A stretch of DNA of 64,000 nt from Chrysomallon squamiferum. Lineage: Eukaryota > Animalia > Mollusca. The DNA is taken from positions 18,104,001 to 18,168,000 of the forward strand of contig CM022671.1 of NCBI GenBank assembly GCA_012295275.1. Direction: 5' to 3'. The notes under the pieces were generated by a model. That model had not been told where the DNA came from and did not search any database. It saw only the letters and a program-made list of their open reading frames with translations. How positions within the stretch are numbered: position 1 is the stretch's first letter; each line of letters opens with the position of its first letter. The position numbers were made by a program, and so were the translations under genes. Shown here piece by piece: positions 1-15,040 of this stretch.

Positions 1-760
1 TCAAACAACTTCCAGTGACTTCTCAAACTGCATGATAATGATAATGGATAACAGCGGAAGAGACAATAAAACTACTCATTTTATTTTTTAAATTTTTTTT
101 TCTTCTTTCAACTATTTCTCCATGTTCGTATTACAGGCCCTCTCAATTGCCTGGATTCACAGCATCGCACAAATTTAATTTTCAAATATTGCCATGATTC
201 TAATTTAGAAATTTGTTTTTTTTTGTTTTGTTTTTTTTATCCCCCAAAATGTACTGAGATCCATTATTCATAGCTACATTGAGAAACAGCATGACACTGC
301 ATGCAGTTAATAATTTACTGCATGTGTTGGTGTGACGATGCTGCTAGGACACACACGTATAATAAAATGGGGTTTGTTCATTACCTCGTACACATATGAC
401 AGTGTTTCTACGAAACTGCCTGCAGTTAACAACACACAGATTGCTGTTATTATGGCACGGCCTGCAGATAATAAAATATTTATTACAAAGAGGAGATTAC
501 GCTATCCACGGTAAATAATTTATTTATTATTTAAAGGCAGTGATTTTTGTTTACAAATGTAACGTTTACTGTGCGTCTTGAGATAAACTATTTATGTCGT
601 ACGGTTTCTGCGGTATTGCCTAAGAGAATAATGTCTGAATGGCATTTAGTGTTAGCTATAGAAAATACAAGATGATTAAATGTTTGTTATTGCCTGCAGA
701 TAATATACATTTTGTTGTGCATTTCCAGCATACAGATAATAAATCATTTTTGTTTTTATG

Positions 761-811
<51 letters not shown>

Positions 812-1219
812 ATTCCACTTACATATTTAAATATTTAAATTATGCTTGCAGCAGACTGCAATACTGTAAAAGCCTAACTTTAAAAGTCTACAAATGAAAC
901 AATAAAAAATAAAAATGAGTAACAATAGTAATAAATAAGTAAACAAACAAACAAACAAACAAACAAACAAACAAACAGACAGACAATGAAATAAAAATAA
1001 ATAAATAATATACAAAACAAAATTTAAAAATGATCAATGATCCATATTCATTCTTAAAAACAACCACACACAACCTAACAAAATTAAAAATAAAACATAT
1101 AAATCATTAAAAAAAAAAAAAAAAAAATTAATCCATTTTTACTATCTTCTAAATTCTGTACATGAAACATATTTACAGCTAACACTAATAACTCAACTGA
1201 CATATAAAAATATGCATGA

Positions 1220-1254
<35 letters not shown>

Positions 1255-3591
1255 GGAAAAAGAAAAGGCTATCCCATTAATTTGTCAGTGGCTGAAAAAC
1301 TTGTAACTGAATTGAAGAAGAATGCTGACCTCTGAGACCATTCATTTAACATACACAGTCTTATCTTGTACTGTATTGATCTCAGAGAGGACTGCCACTT
1401 TCCGAAACCCAGTGAGTGAATTTCCCAGCACTCCTGCGTATTGAGGAACTAATCATAACATTTCGAGGGTGAAATTTACTGCATACAAATTTGATTTGGC
1501 TTCATGCTGACTCTGTGTGGTATTCATCAAAGAATATTTTAAACATATTTGTTGTATATATATAAAAAAATTCATTCATAATGTATCAGTATTTTTTTTA
1601 TTTTTTATTTTTTTTTCTCTCTGAATTTGTAATTTGTTGGCGAATTCTAGATTGCTTCAATAATTTTTTTCCACTACAACTTTTGTATTTTTCATTTTCA
1701 TTTTAAAAATTTTTTTAGACATATTTATTGATATATGACTAATATAAGATATTTCAAACTTGTCAGATTCATTTTAGTGGTATATTTATCAATATAACAA
1801 GTAAAGGATATCTTCAAAACTGTCAAGTGTTATTTTGTTTCTAAAGTACAAATATATATATCAAATATGATATATTTTTAATTCTCTGCTTGAGTTGTCA
1901 AATAAATAAATAAATAAATAAACAAACAAACAAAAAGCAAATAAAAGTACAATTTTTTTTTTTTTGAAAAGCTGATAGCAGATTTTTTAAATTGTCAGTA
2001 TTACTTATTTTAAGTATTTCATAATAAAAAAGGTTTATAGTTCATTTGTGAACCCTCTCAGTTTGATATTTATGAGAAAATTAAAATATATATATATATA
2101 TCATGAAATAAATAAATAAATAATTAAAAAGAAAAGAAAAAATAAAGGCAAATTACATCTAAAATATTTTTTATATCAAGCCTCTCTCTGTTTTGTTTCA
2201 AAAGTTAAATTTATGTACCTTGATAAATTTAGAAAACTCTTCATGTTAGTAGTATGAACGTGAACATAATTAAAAAAATAATAATAACAATAATTATAAT
2301 TAGACTGATAACAACAAAAATTATGAAATTAAAATTTCTACAATGATTTACAATGTGTTTGGAAAATCTTTATTTTTGTTCCTTTACAACATATTAGGTA
2401 CCACTGTTCTTATGATTTATAGTTCTTTATTAGTAGTAGTTTATCACTATTTTTATTATTAGTAATATCACTGTGCTTTTTATTATTATTAATTTGTGTC
2501 TAACACCCCAATAGCCCAATATATGCACCAAGCAGAACTGATCCTGCAGCCAAACATACCTCAGTCCAGAACTCTACCCATCACTTTTCGGTCTATTCAT
2601 TTTATTCATTGCAAGGCAAAGATTAATATTTCATCTTCGTGCATTTTAATATTATTAACAGTAACATTCATCACCATCAACGTCATTATTTCAACCTTAA
2701 TTTTGGATTAATTCATTTTGTTGCATTTGACTGTAACAGAGATGTGGATTTCTTCACATCCAGTAATTAGAATATCAAATATGCTATTTCCTGTAATTAC
2801 TTGATGTATCAAGAGGCACCCTGTAGATCAGTTGTGTGGATGCCTAGAGGATTAATTCCCCAAGGTTCCCTAACTGAACTTAATAAATATAGTAGGAACA
2901 TGCACAACAGAATTCACAAATATTAACAACACATAAGGTATACTTTTCGGTATAAAGGAAAATATATTAAGAAAAAGCTTCCTAGCTGCTGAATGAAAAA
3001 ATGTAGTTTGTATCAGGGAAACAGTAGGTTTTCTCTGTTCTTATGTGTTTATTTCTTAACTGTAAGAAGGATGTCACAGAGACTAAAAATGCGTTCAATG
3101 TTTTTGTTAAGAAAAAGAGATTTCTGATGTCTGTGTTTTGTTCTTTTAGTGTTGTAAAAAATTTAACAGTCAAAATAAGAGATAATAATAATAATAAATA
3201 AAATAGTAATAATAACAAATAATAATAATAATAAAAATATATATATAAAATCAACATGTCAAGTCTTTTTAACACATATGCACACATAAACCAAAACAAC
3301 TATTTCTTGCCACAAAAATATTAAAACAAATGAAAATATTTTCAGATCTTCATGCACAAGCTATCCTGTACCACTTTACCAAGTGCAGATACCAATATCT
3401 GAACAAGCAATCAAAACAAAGCATCGAATATGTCTATCTATAATTCTATCCATCTATCTATAATTCTATATATGTATATATAATTCTATCAGAACAATTA
3501 TCTGTTTGATTCAATTCTAAAATCAGACTAATGTAATTAATTTGCAGCAAAGCAATCAAAAATAAAGTGTTGAGACACTCACCTAGTGAAA

Positions 3592-4019
3592 TCATGGTAT
3601 TATGAATTCTCTGCTGTTCACAGCCAACCCAATCAAATGAGCTGAAACCTGATTGAAAAAGACAAGAGAGCTGTTGTTTTATAACTTCATCAGGTGGATG
3701 AATAGAAACAATTTTGCCATCAAAGAGACAGTTTAGTATTATGTGTACTGTGTTATACAAAACTGTTGTTGAAGGTAAATTCTTTTCAGTGTTTTTACAA
3801 ACAGTTTCAAGGTTGGATGTGTTGGTTATTTGTTGTTGAAAGAAGAAAAAGGTTTGTTATTTTCAAACGTAAAGCCAAGAAAAATAATTTTTATTAATGG
3901 TTTTTACATGCCATACCTCAAACATATGTTAAAACACCCACACACAGACACACAGACACACAAACACAGACACAAACACACACACATGTATACATGCTAT
4001 AGAAATATTCACTATTTAA

Positions 4020-4069
<50 letters not shown>

Positions 4070-5535
4070 TAATAATAATAATCAAAGTCCATAAATAAAC
4101 AGGTAACAATAATTATATATATATATACATATGAAAAAAAATATATTAATAGTTCTGCAACAGTAACAATAAACAGACTGGAAATAACTGTCTTTTAAGA
4201 ATTTTATTACAGCTTTATTTGCTCTTAATATGGCCTTTATTGCCTGATGCCTATAATTCAGCTATGATTTCTGATTAGCATATACAAAGAATGAATTGCA
4301 TTTATGGCAAAGGTCGTATTGGATACAGGATATTAACACATGCACCAATTATTTATAATTATTATAATAATAATAAAAAAAAAAAAAATAATAATAATAA
4401 TAAAACATTGCTGCTGAAAGCTGTAATGTGATTGGAGGTGTCTGGCAGTATGAATCACATTAATAATGACAATATGATGAGAACACGATGCATGCAGCAG
4501 ATCAGTTTTACTGCTATCATGAGAACATTACAGTCTCTTAGCTCACTTTTCATTCAAACCTGACAATGAAAAGCATTGTTTTCTCAAACCAATGGCTAAT
4601 CATTAAGTGATGGTGGGTTGTTGGGTGTGTTTTTTTTGTGTGACTGCTTACATCAGGCACCAGACAACAGAGCACTCTCATTAAAAACAGCAGACAATGG
4701 CAGTTAGCTGATCTACACAGGCGAAATGTCAGACTAATTGTACTCCTCTGGGTTACCACGGTGCTGTACAGATAATCAAGAGTGGCCAGTGATTGTTCTA
4801 AACATATTTTACACTCTGCAGAGTTGGTAACATTTTGGACATCAGCAGCCAACTACAGTGATCGCTTAAAATAACACATACTCAAAGGTTATAACAACAT
4901 TTTGGAAATGACAGCAGCCAGTCTATTATTACCGCTTAAAATAACATACTTGAAGGTTGTCATAAAATTATGGACGTGGCAACAGCCAACCCATTATAAC
5001 TGTTTAAGAAGTGATGCTCAAAATATTGTTATTTTATTATTATACTTTATTGTTAGGAAAGTCCTTGTCCTATAATTTAAAATTTTTAACTTCTGACTAT
5101 ATTTAAAATATACTATCACAGGCATACTTTAAATTTAAGGACTACTGATAATGGCTACAGCAGATTATATTTTCATCTCCACCCTTTTCTTACCTCTTAC
5201 CCGCAGCCTCTTACCTACACCACCACCCCCCAACTTTCCCCTTTTTTCTAAATATATCAATCTACCAAGTAGTACACTACAATTAAGATATGACCATTAC
5301 ATGACTTGTATCATTAGTAACATGATTATTCTTCCAAGCTGACAGTCGAGTCTTTGTTTGTACACATACTAAGGTCAAACCCTGAATCAAAATTCTCCCG
5401 GTTAGTTTTGTATTGATTATTCCAGCACACACTGCCACTTCCTTGGAGAAACCGTATTATTTAATGAATGTAACATTGTGAGTCTTATTCAGCTGAAAAG
5501 TAAATTAAGAAACAAGATGTAGTAAAAGACACAGA

Positions 5536-5607
<72 letters not shown>

Positions 5608-5944
5608 GAGGAAAATTGACAGAGCTTAAGAGAAAGATAGATAAAAGTAAAACTGGAACAAGAGAGTAAAGATATATAATGAGAGATAAGGAAAGAATGA
5701 GAGAGAAATATATAGAAGTATGACAGGAATAGGAGTTAATATGAGGGAAGAGAAGGATACAATATGAGAGAAAGACAGCAATATAAGTAAACTAGAATAA
5801 TGAAGGAGAAGAGGAGATAGAAAGATAAAATGTGAGAAGAGATAGAAAGATAAAATGTGAGAGGAGATATATAGAAGTGTGATACAGATGAAACAGATTA
5901 TGTTAAGGGAAGACAGACAGAAAGAGAAAAGAAAAAAGAAAGAT

Positions 5945-5989
<45 letters not shown>

Positions 5990-8900
5990 ATGACAACACA
6001 TGTTTATACAGTACATAATACATTATACATAAATATATTAAATATTCAACACCATATCACTACTTTTTAATATTGATATAACAGATTGGTCATAAATTTT
6101 CTTGTATATTGATATCACAAGAAAGAAACAGTGGCAATGAGCTATTTATACAGAAAATCAGCAAGGGTCCTTTTACTGACAAAATCAGAAAGACACAGAC
6201 AATGGACTTTGATAAATCAGTTTCATTGAACTTGTTATCAATAATTTATTACTGGACCTTATTAATGATCTCATTACCTAAAATAAAAGCCTTTATGGCT
6301 TATGACAATCAAGAAAATATTTTTTTAAAGTTTCTTTTGAGATAATGGTAAAGCTGTTGTACTTAAATAATTCCTATTTGGACCATATTAATGATCTTGT
6401 TATACAAAAATAAGGACCTTAGATTTATGACAATCCAGAAAATATATTTCATTTAAAGTTTCATTATCACTGTTTCTTCTGTTTTTCTATTACACTGTTA
6501 TCATTACAACAGAAATCAACAACTCAATGATAGCTTATAAAATAATGGATATTTGGACATTACTAATTACAATGTTACATAATTTTGAGAAAATTATTTT
6601 AAAAAGTTTTTTTGTAACCATTTCTTCTGCTTGAGATAATGGCAAACCAGTTATGAAATGGTTTTAGTTCTGTTATCTTCACAGCAGAAAACAACAACTC
6701 TAAGTCAGTTCTATGTGGTAATGACAGGTCATGAATTACATGATGAAACTCAAAACCTATCTTCAAAGACTGCCACAAGCTGTTGTCAACACCTTCAACA
6801 CAGCTTTCATTCAAAGATAATGGTGGTAATAATAATTTAATGATTTGGAAATCTGTTCTTGAAATAATACCAGAGAGATAAAATTCCTAGTGAAAACACA
6901 AGAGAAAAAAAAAATTAATAATAAAAAATAAAAATAATAATAATAATCAAAGAGGGAGAGAAAAAATTAATATTAATTTAGCTGTAACAATGAAAGTGTC
7001 ATTAAAACAAATTTTCTAACCTGGCAGTTTCTAAATACCTCAAGCTGCTTGGTGAATAATTCTATTAACAGCTGCTGACAATGTCCAAATTACAACCTTT
7101 GATAATCTCTTTGTGAAGCAATGGTTGAAATCAGGAACTGTTCAACAGAATAGCTGTTATGAAATTTTAAATTTTATTTATCTTTTTTTTTTTTTTAAAA
7201 TTATTTCACATTCCAGATCAAGTATCTGGCAAACCTGGAAACTAAGATCATCTGCAATTCTGTATCAAGGCTTAATTCATATTTAAAACATAAAAAAACC
7301 CCTGAAAAGTAATGAATGTGATTGTATTTCTCACACACAGATCAATACACTTCTAAAGTCAGTTTTCTGGAAACCAGATAAATGGTCTGGTACCTGTATG
7401 AATTGTGTTTTAGCCAATCTCTATTACAGTGCAAATCCTTAAAATGCAGTTAATCCTATAATTTATTAATAATGTTTTCTTTCATTAATAGTAAAAATTA
7501 ACTATAGAAATCAAATGTTTTGATAAAATGATAGTTTCTAAAAGGCAAGTTAAATATTTAATTACTTCTTGGATTCCATTTCCGTAACAAAACTGCATGA
7601 CTGAATTGTCACATTGACCAAACTGATACTGTTATTGAATGAAAGAGTTAGTTAGGTATGTAAAATTAATGAAAACACAATTCACATTTCTGCTTCAGAA
7701 ACTTTTAGAAGCCTATGTTATTTTTAGCTGATTTTAAAAATTTCGTAATACCCAAAATGTTTTTTTTCCAAAATTCAATTATTAACAGAGTTTATTAAAA
7801 GCCATTTTTATTTAAATTTATAATAAAACCCTAGTTTTTTTTTCCTTTTTCCATATCCTTCTAATTTTTCTTCATCCTCACACACACACACACACAAAAT
7901 AATGAATAAAAATATATTTTTTGTGATGTCAGTGTTGCAGCAACTGAATGAATAAATAAAACATCAGCATTAAAATAATAATAATAAAAATAAAAAAATA
8001 AAATATAAATTTTATTCTTTTTTGTTTTCATTTTTAAAAATAATCCATACAATATCATGGTTAAAAGAAACCAAAATTAATTTAACAAATTACCAGTGAG
8101 ATTGTGACCTTTACAATGAGCTGACAGCACATTTGTTGAATTATTCATAAAATAAAAAATAACTCTGCAGAAGAAGTAATAAATATGGTAAGAAAGTCAA
8201 CTTTGTGGAAGAAATTAATTTAATCCTTCTGTTTCATGTGCAGATCACTCAATCTTTAATCTGTGACTTGATCAATACACCGAAATGATTTTATGTCACA
8301 TCAGTTCCGAATGTTAGAAGATGCCTTTTATTTATTTCTCATTCATATTATTTTTTTTTTTTGAATTTGTTTAAACTGATATATGTATTAAAAAAATTAA
8401 TAATAATAATAAAAATAATAACATAAAAAAATCTTTAAAAAAAAATCAATAAAAAAAGAATAAATAAAATAAAATAAATAAACATACATACATACATACA
8501 TATTAAACAAACAAACAAATAAAATAAATAAAAGTAAAATAATAAATCTGTTTTTAAAACCATCTGTCAAAATTAATTTGAAATGCTAACTATTAAAGTT
8601 TGACGTAAAACAATGATGACCATATACAAGGACAGAAACGTGATTAACTACAGTCATAACAAATTCTGTATCAAGATGCATGATTAAAAAAATCATTCAT
8701 TTGAAACATGTACACCATGAACAAACAACCTAGGATTAGTCTGGCATCATTAGTGTTAGAAAATGATTTCAAAGATGAACGAATCGTGTGGCCTTTCAAC
8801 TCAAGTAGCGTTTTTCAAGCAGATAAAAGCAACAGTATCTTCTGGTAGGTATGCTTCCATTGAGTCTTCACAGTTTACATACATTAGTGTGCATGAACAC

Positions 8901-11900
8901 AATCACATACATTAAGAACCTTTTAATGTCGATTATAAGGTATGTAGTGTTTCTTCGAATAAATGAACTTTTAATGACATTTCAAATATTAATTGTTATA
9001 AAGTTACCAACCAAATCAATATTTTTTTTATATTACAATAATATGAGAAAGAAAAGCTACAATGCAGGCTACTCTTAATACTTAACAGTCTTATTAGCAG
9101 CAAGAGAAATATAATATATACATACCAAAGTATATGATTTAATTATAACCTGTCTTCTTATTAAAGATTTCTTAATACATACATACATTCACACAGACAT
9201 ATATAATTATGATAATATGAAAATGGAAACTCAATACATAAATATGGGTTATTCTCAATAATTGATTAGCAGCAAAAGGGCTTTAATACACACCTTCCCT
9301 CAGAAGGGAAAGCACAGACAAAAGCAATTTAAAAGTATTTGTTTTATAAACATATAAAATGGATTGTAGCTCATATATCTGGTATATAACTGGTCATAGG
9401 ATCAATCCTTTACTACACTCTGCTGGGCTATTTCCCATTCCAAACCCAAACTCAAAATCACCCAAAAAGCATGGAAGAAAACTGATCTTCCGACAAAGCA
9501 TCAAATTAAACTCTAACTGCTGAGCTAAAATTCATTTTGTTGATGTGAAACCTGGTTACAGTGAAGAATGGGCTGGTTTACTTTAGTAGAAATCTATACT
9601 GTACTCCACACAGTTCTCAAGGAATCATTTCTGTGAGGTGTTTAATACAGGCAGAAAAAATCACCATTTGTGGTGAATAGTCTAGGCAATAAATAAGCTG
9701 TAAAGACCATAATATTGCAGTAAGTCTAGTCATTTCTCTTACGTCAGAGAGATTTAGTGATCTCAGTAAAGTGTTTCTTGTTAAGATATCAAAAAAAGAT
9801 GAAAGCAAGAAAGAAAGATACAAAGAAATTTAAAAAAAAATAAAAAAATACTTATAATAATAAATAGAGGAACAAATGAGAGAGTGAGAGAGAATTTTTT
9901 TTTAAATAAAATACAAACAGTTACCATTAATGAATGATTTAAATGACCAATTCTTTTTCCTATTTATTAACAGTCCCAGCTTTTATAAAAAAAATATATA
10001 TATATTAGAACAGTATAAAATAGAAGAGGAAAAGATGTAAAGCTTTGTAATTATTTTTCCTAATCTGTATGTAAGAAAAACATTTATACTGACATAAATG
10101 ATTTGTCAATAAAGATAATTTACTATACAACAAAACTAGGGGTAAAAAAAAATAATAATAAAAAATAAATTAAATCAAATTAAATTACAGAAAAGAAAAA
10201 GGGAACAGAAAACTAAAGAATACATTTACAATGAATGAATGAATAGTTAATAACATCTCTTTATATTTTAATATTCTTATTAGGTATCTTTTACATAAAC
10301 AATCTCATAAAACAAATAATAAATAATAAAATATAAATAAATAAAAAAATAAAATAATAATAATAATAAATAAATAAAACCAATTAGGTAATGACTGGAT
10401 TGGTAAATGATCCATTAAAAGCACTGAAAAGGATTGAGCCTATGATACACATGCTCAATTATACATTTACATGAAAAGGTCCACATTTTTTAACATTAAT
10501 ATTAAGTGAATGTTCTTGTCATCAGCATAAACATAATTTGAGGTTATAGATACGGAAAATAAATGCAGATTGAAAACATTTTAAAATCTTTATGTTTTTG
10601 ACACTGTGTAATTTGTAATAGTAAATAACAGAAAAGATTAATAGCAGATAATAAATAATAGTTAAAGTATTTGTTCATAAATCAGTTTGATAATCTGTAG
10701 CAAAACTATACAACTAAAGACAAAAAAAAAAATTCTACTGAATGCCAGCAGGATCTTCTGCCCCATAATCATTGTTACAACATTTTTTGTTTTTTTCACA
10801 TTAATCATTTCAGTTGCCTATCATTAATCTTTCTAAAACATTAATCTTGAATCAATTCTTGATGGATTAAAATAGTTTGGCCAGAAAAAATATATCATTT
10901 ATTTTATAAGTATTATTATATAAACTAACTAAATAATTCTGAACACTAATAATTTAATTTTTCGAAAATGGATTTCAAAATTCTTTATTGTACATATCAT
11001 TTAAATTCATGTATATATTGACCACCTTTGACATAAACCATAACTCAAAATTACTCTAAAATACTGGTATGAAGAATGGGATTGTTCAGCAACGTACTCC
11101 CAACTGATCTAAGATGCACAGAGAAAATCCAGATAAACTAATTCACAGGTAAAGCATCTTACCTGCAGTATTCTGAAAGCACATGGTACACCAGAGTAGA
11201 AACCACACAGGGTTAATGAACTTTGTAACTTCACATAGTCCCTGAAATGTTAATAGAAAACAATAAGAGTCCTATTATTAAATAAATAAATAAATACAAT
11301 TTATAACTAAAAAGTTAAAAAAAAAACATGCACAATATTCTTATCAGCTCTAACATAAAATATGAAAATGAATAAACTGAACAATTAATTCTATAATCTT
11401 AAAAGTTGTTGTAATATCAATATCACAGCTATATAAAATTTAATATTTGTAACACAAAAATAAATGTTATGTTAAATATATTTTCAAAAATTATATTTTT
11501 GCCAAAAACAAAAATAGAAAATGTAATAATATTTTAATTTATTTTTTTCAGACTAGGATCAGTTTTGAAAGATAAATGTTGCAGAAGTAACAAGATCTTT
11601 AAGAATGGAGAAGCAAATGTTTGCAAGGGAAGTAACCCAATTTTTAAAAATATTTTATATTGCAATAATTTGATGAGAACACAGATTTTGTATAAAATTT
11701 AAAAAAAAAACAATAGTTGAAAAGAGCAACATCATCTATGCAAGTTACGTTTTGAAATTATATAACTGATACTATTAATAATAATAATATATTTTAATAA
11801 TTTTTGTCTTTCCGGCTTATATAAATACATAAAGTTTTTCAAAATTAAAAATATATACAAATAAAACTGTTGATGATTTCTTACTTATATGGAACCCGAA

Positions 11901-13125
11901 TAATTGCTTCTTTTTTTTCTTCAGAATACTTCAAAATGTCAAACACAAAACTTGATCCAATCTAAACAAAAAATAAACAAAATAAAATAAAAAATAATAA
12001 TATTAGTAATAATAAATAAATACATAAATAAAAAAAATATATAAAATAAACATTTAAAAAAATGCAATAAAATATAAAATGTAAAATATAAAAGTTCTTT
12101 TTTGAAAATTACAACAAGAACTCTGATATTGTTCTCATAAGTGTGTATGTACAAAATGCCATCATTTTCATCTGGAATGTATTGTAAAACCAGCTTAATC
12201 ATCATAATTTTACATTTATATGTAACTTTTACTGCTCTTTACTTTTAAATAATAAAAAGTGGATGATTACTTCTATTTATATTTTTTTTTTTTTTTTTGA
12301 AATTTAAGCATTTATCAACATTTTCTCAGGCAATTCTTGCTAGATTTGTCATTAATAATTACTTTTAATTTTTCCCTATCAACCTATTTTTTTCTATATT
12401 ATAAATACAGTTCATCTGGAATTATAGAATAACATATAAATTAAAAGAATACAGAAATAAGAAAAAATAAAAAATAAAAAAAAAATAATATTTCTTTGTA
12501 AGATTTTATCTCCTACTTACCTCTCCAAACACTTCTTTTACTGCTGCTATGATGGCCGATTTGAAATATACAACAGTTATTTCATCAACCTCTGATTCCA
12601 ATACCCTGCAAAACCCACATTTAATTAAATTAAATATTAGAGAATTCTCTAACTACATATATTGATAGATATATAATTATAAACACAACAACAAACTAAT
12701 ATATTGATGTAACTGAAGATTTATATAGATATATATATATATAATTTATATGTATGCATAATTGTATGTATGAGTTTTTTTATTTTTTATTTTTTTTTGA
12801 TAATTATAAATAAATATTTAAAATAGAAAATTAACAGGTCCTTCATGTAACTTACCATATTGTATAAGAAAGAAATATGAAAGAGATATTATCTAACAAT
12901 TAAAACAGAATAAATAATAATAATAATAAAATTAAATTAAAATAAATAAAATAAATAAAATAAATAATAATAATGCACACAACAAAAATAGTTACACTGT
13001 TTATTTTAAACTGTTTTAATACAGTATTTAAGAAAACCCTACACTTTCACTTACAGTTTTATTTTAAGATACATATAGGGCAGGTGGCCTTTGTTTACAG
13101 TTCTTTGGTATGGCACGTCTGCCAT
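3592..13125 (-). CDS. RPP14: Ribonuclease P protein subunit p14 (Rpp14/Pop5 family), 5 coding exons, 122 aa
   Basis: Coding exons 13125-13055, 12605-12521, 11961-11885, 11241-11163 and 3648-3592, all GT-AG with consistent phases (369 nt). Translation: MADVPYQRTVNKGHLPYMYLKIKLVLESEVDEITVVYFKSAIIAAVKEVFGEIGSSFVFDILKYSEEKKEAIIRVPYKDYVKLQSSLTLCGFYSGVPCAFRILQVSAHLIGLAVNSREFIIP*. This matches recalled human RPP14 (AVKDLFGEV...DILTY...VKLWSSLTL...CAFRVIQVSPFLLALSGNSRE). Confidence 0.92.
4826..5025. repeat. Degenerate tandem repeat, ~68 bp unit x3, in the last coding intron of RPP14
   Basis: Recurrent 'acattttgga..cagcagcca..cgcttaaaataaca..tact..aaggtt'. Confidence 0.7.
5540..5985. repeat. (GA)n microsatellites flanking a purine-rich tract
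   Basis: (GA)n at about 5540-5603 and 5952-5985, with A/G-rich sequence between. Confidence 0.9.
6150..6570. repeat. Degenerate ~125 bp tandem duplication
   Basis: 'tggacc..attaatgatct..aaaataa..cctt..ttatgacaatc.agaaaatat' at about 6253 and 6379, with partial copies nearby. Confidence 0.6.
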
Positions 13126-13697
13126 GACCACTAATAACTGATTCTAATTAGCTCTGATTCAATCTGAAGGAAAACAAAATTATTATTATATATTTTTTAA
13201 ATGTTTCAATTCATAATCATAATAATATTATATATACAATGTGACACACAATAACATTAACCAATGCAACCAGTATCTTGTAAATAACAATCAACATCAT
13301 CCGCAGTAAGTCGTAAAATTTCAGTTATTGTAAAACAATTTTTAATTCCACTAATTATACGAAGTTCTTTAGCAATAATACTATTGCTATTGTGATAGCT
13401 ATGAAACTATATTACTCTATATCAGGCATATATAAAAAGAAAATATGACAATGAAGCGAGACGTAAACATAATTATTTTTATTTAATTAAATTATGTGGT
13501 CAGAATTCTCTAATTTATTACGCATTAAATCTCATAAACACACAAATTAATCATTAATTTAATAATTATAGTTTTTATACAACTGCAACTTGCACTGCAA
13601 GATCAGCCGGACACTGACTGGATATCATATGATTATCATCGTGATACAGTATTTTAAATTTTTTCTTTTTTCTTTTAGCTGTTAAAAAGTAACATAC

Positions 13698-13900
13698 CTA
13701 AATTATTTTTCTAACATTGTTCTTTTTCTTAATCATTATTTCCTGACGAAGTAACGTTTAGATCGAAAATGACCGCCATGTGTTTTGATTATTTTAGAGT
13801 TACTGTTCTTGCGATCTTGTTTTCTACAGACGTTCTTTAATATTTTGTCACTGTCAGTTGTGTTAAATGTGATTGTTTTAGTAACGCGCATGCATGACAG
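13698..13900 (-). promoter_or_regulatory. Putative RPP14 promoter and non-coding first exon with YY1-like motif and 16-codon uORF
   Basis: Locally CpG-enriched. The - strand ACATGGCGG at about 13773-13781 is YY1-like, and CGCGCATGC near 13885 is NRF1-like. Donor G|GTATGT at 13698/13697; acceptor for the next exon near 13164. uORF 13779-13729 is MAVIFDLNVTSSGNND*. Confidence 0.55.
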
Positions 13901-13958
13901 TAACACTTACCTTAATATCGTTAAATTTGACCTATATCTCGCAATGTCAGAATAACAG

Positions 13959-14000
<42 letters not shown>

Positions 14001-15040
14001 TGTAATTCGTTTTTATTATTTTATTATTATTATTATTATTATTAAAACGACGTAACAGTGAAAAGGTACAAATGAGATAACTAAAATATATAAATGTAAC
14101 CCATGTGTATGTTCGTGTTGAATATGTTTTAATTCTTAAATATGGAAACATTTAAGTAAAATAAAATATGTTGATATATTTTAAATTATTTTTATTGAAA
14201 TATGATATAAAATTTCGTTTTGCCAGTTAATGAAAACACAACTTTGTTGCGTAGACACAAATATTATTTTATATCAATTGAAGTGACTTATAATTCTAAG
14301 AATAATGATATTTCAAATCTTCACAATATTTGCAACATAGCCAAAAGCATGACAGCAGTTTCAGCTCAAATGATCATTGTCGTGATTTTATTTTTAAATA
14401 ATTCAATAATTTTCATTTATTTCGTTGTTTTTTTATGTTGTTATTTATTATTAAAGTACGTTAATATAAACTTTATAGTCACTTCTACTTATGTAGCTGA
14501 TGCAAAGCTTGATGTTGCTGAACTAGTGTATACAGAGAGTCTTTTATAAAAATAAAATATTATATTAAAAAAAAATACTTGGTTTGATCCTCTGGAAGAA
14601 TATTTTTAAATTATAAAACCTGTCCTGATTATGAAAGTAATGCTAAATACAAATTAAAATACAATAACAACAACAACTCAGAATAAATTAGATAATTTTA
14701 ATCTGACAAAAATATGTGATTATCATTTGGACATCTTCTATCTCACAAAATACTGAATATTATTTATTATTCAGATGTCAACAACCAACAATCAATATAA
14801 TAAACAAATAACATATATATTATTACATATAAAAATATTCACATTCAAACAATGATGATAATAGTTTGTAATACGTCCCTGAACAAAACCATGACCTTAC
14901 AACTGACACGTACTTGGATCTATCCTAGTTACAGGCATCTGACCTAACTGGGAAAGTAATAACAGCTAACCATCTAACATGGTAACACACTAACACTGTC
15001 AACATGTCACAAGTTATCTCTAATATATTAACAGATTAAT

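Noticed and set aside
1-3580. Search for HTD2 downstream of RPP14
   Set aside because: No MaoC/hot-dog dehydratase-like ORF (GD.NP.H, VHG motifs) is visible in this interval.
3458-3760. 100-aa - strand ORF ending near a good donor
   Set aside because: It overlaps the true RPP14 last coding exon (3648-3592) in a different frame and has no acceptor or recognisable homology of its own.
11939-12205. Segment VLQYIPDENDGILYIH resembling the neighbouring RPP14 exon (ILKYSEEKKEAIIRV), a possible mutually exclusive exon
   Set aside because: No AG acceptor or GT donor at the matching positions, and little nucleotide similarity. Probably chance.
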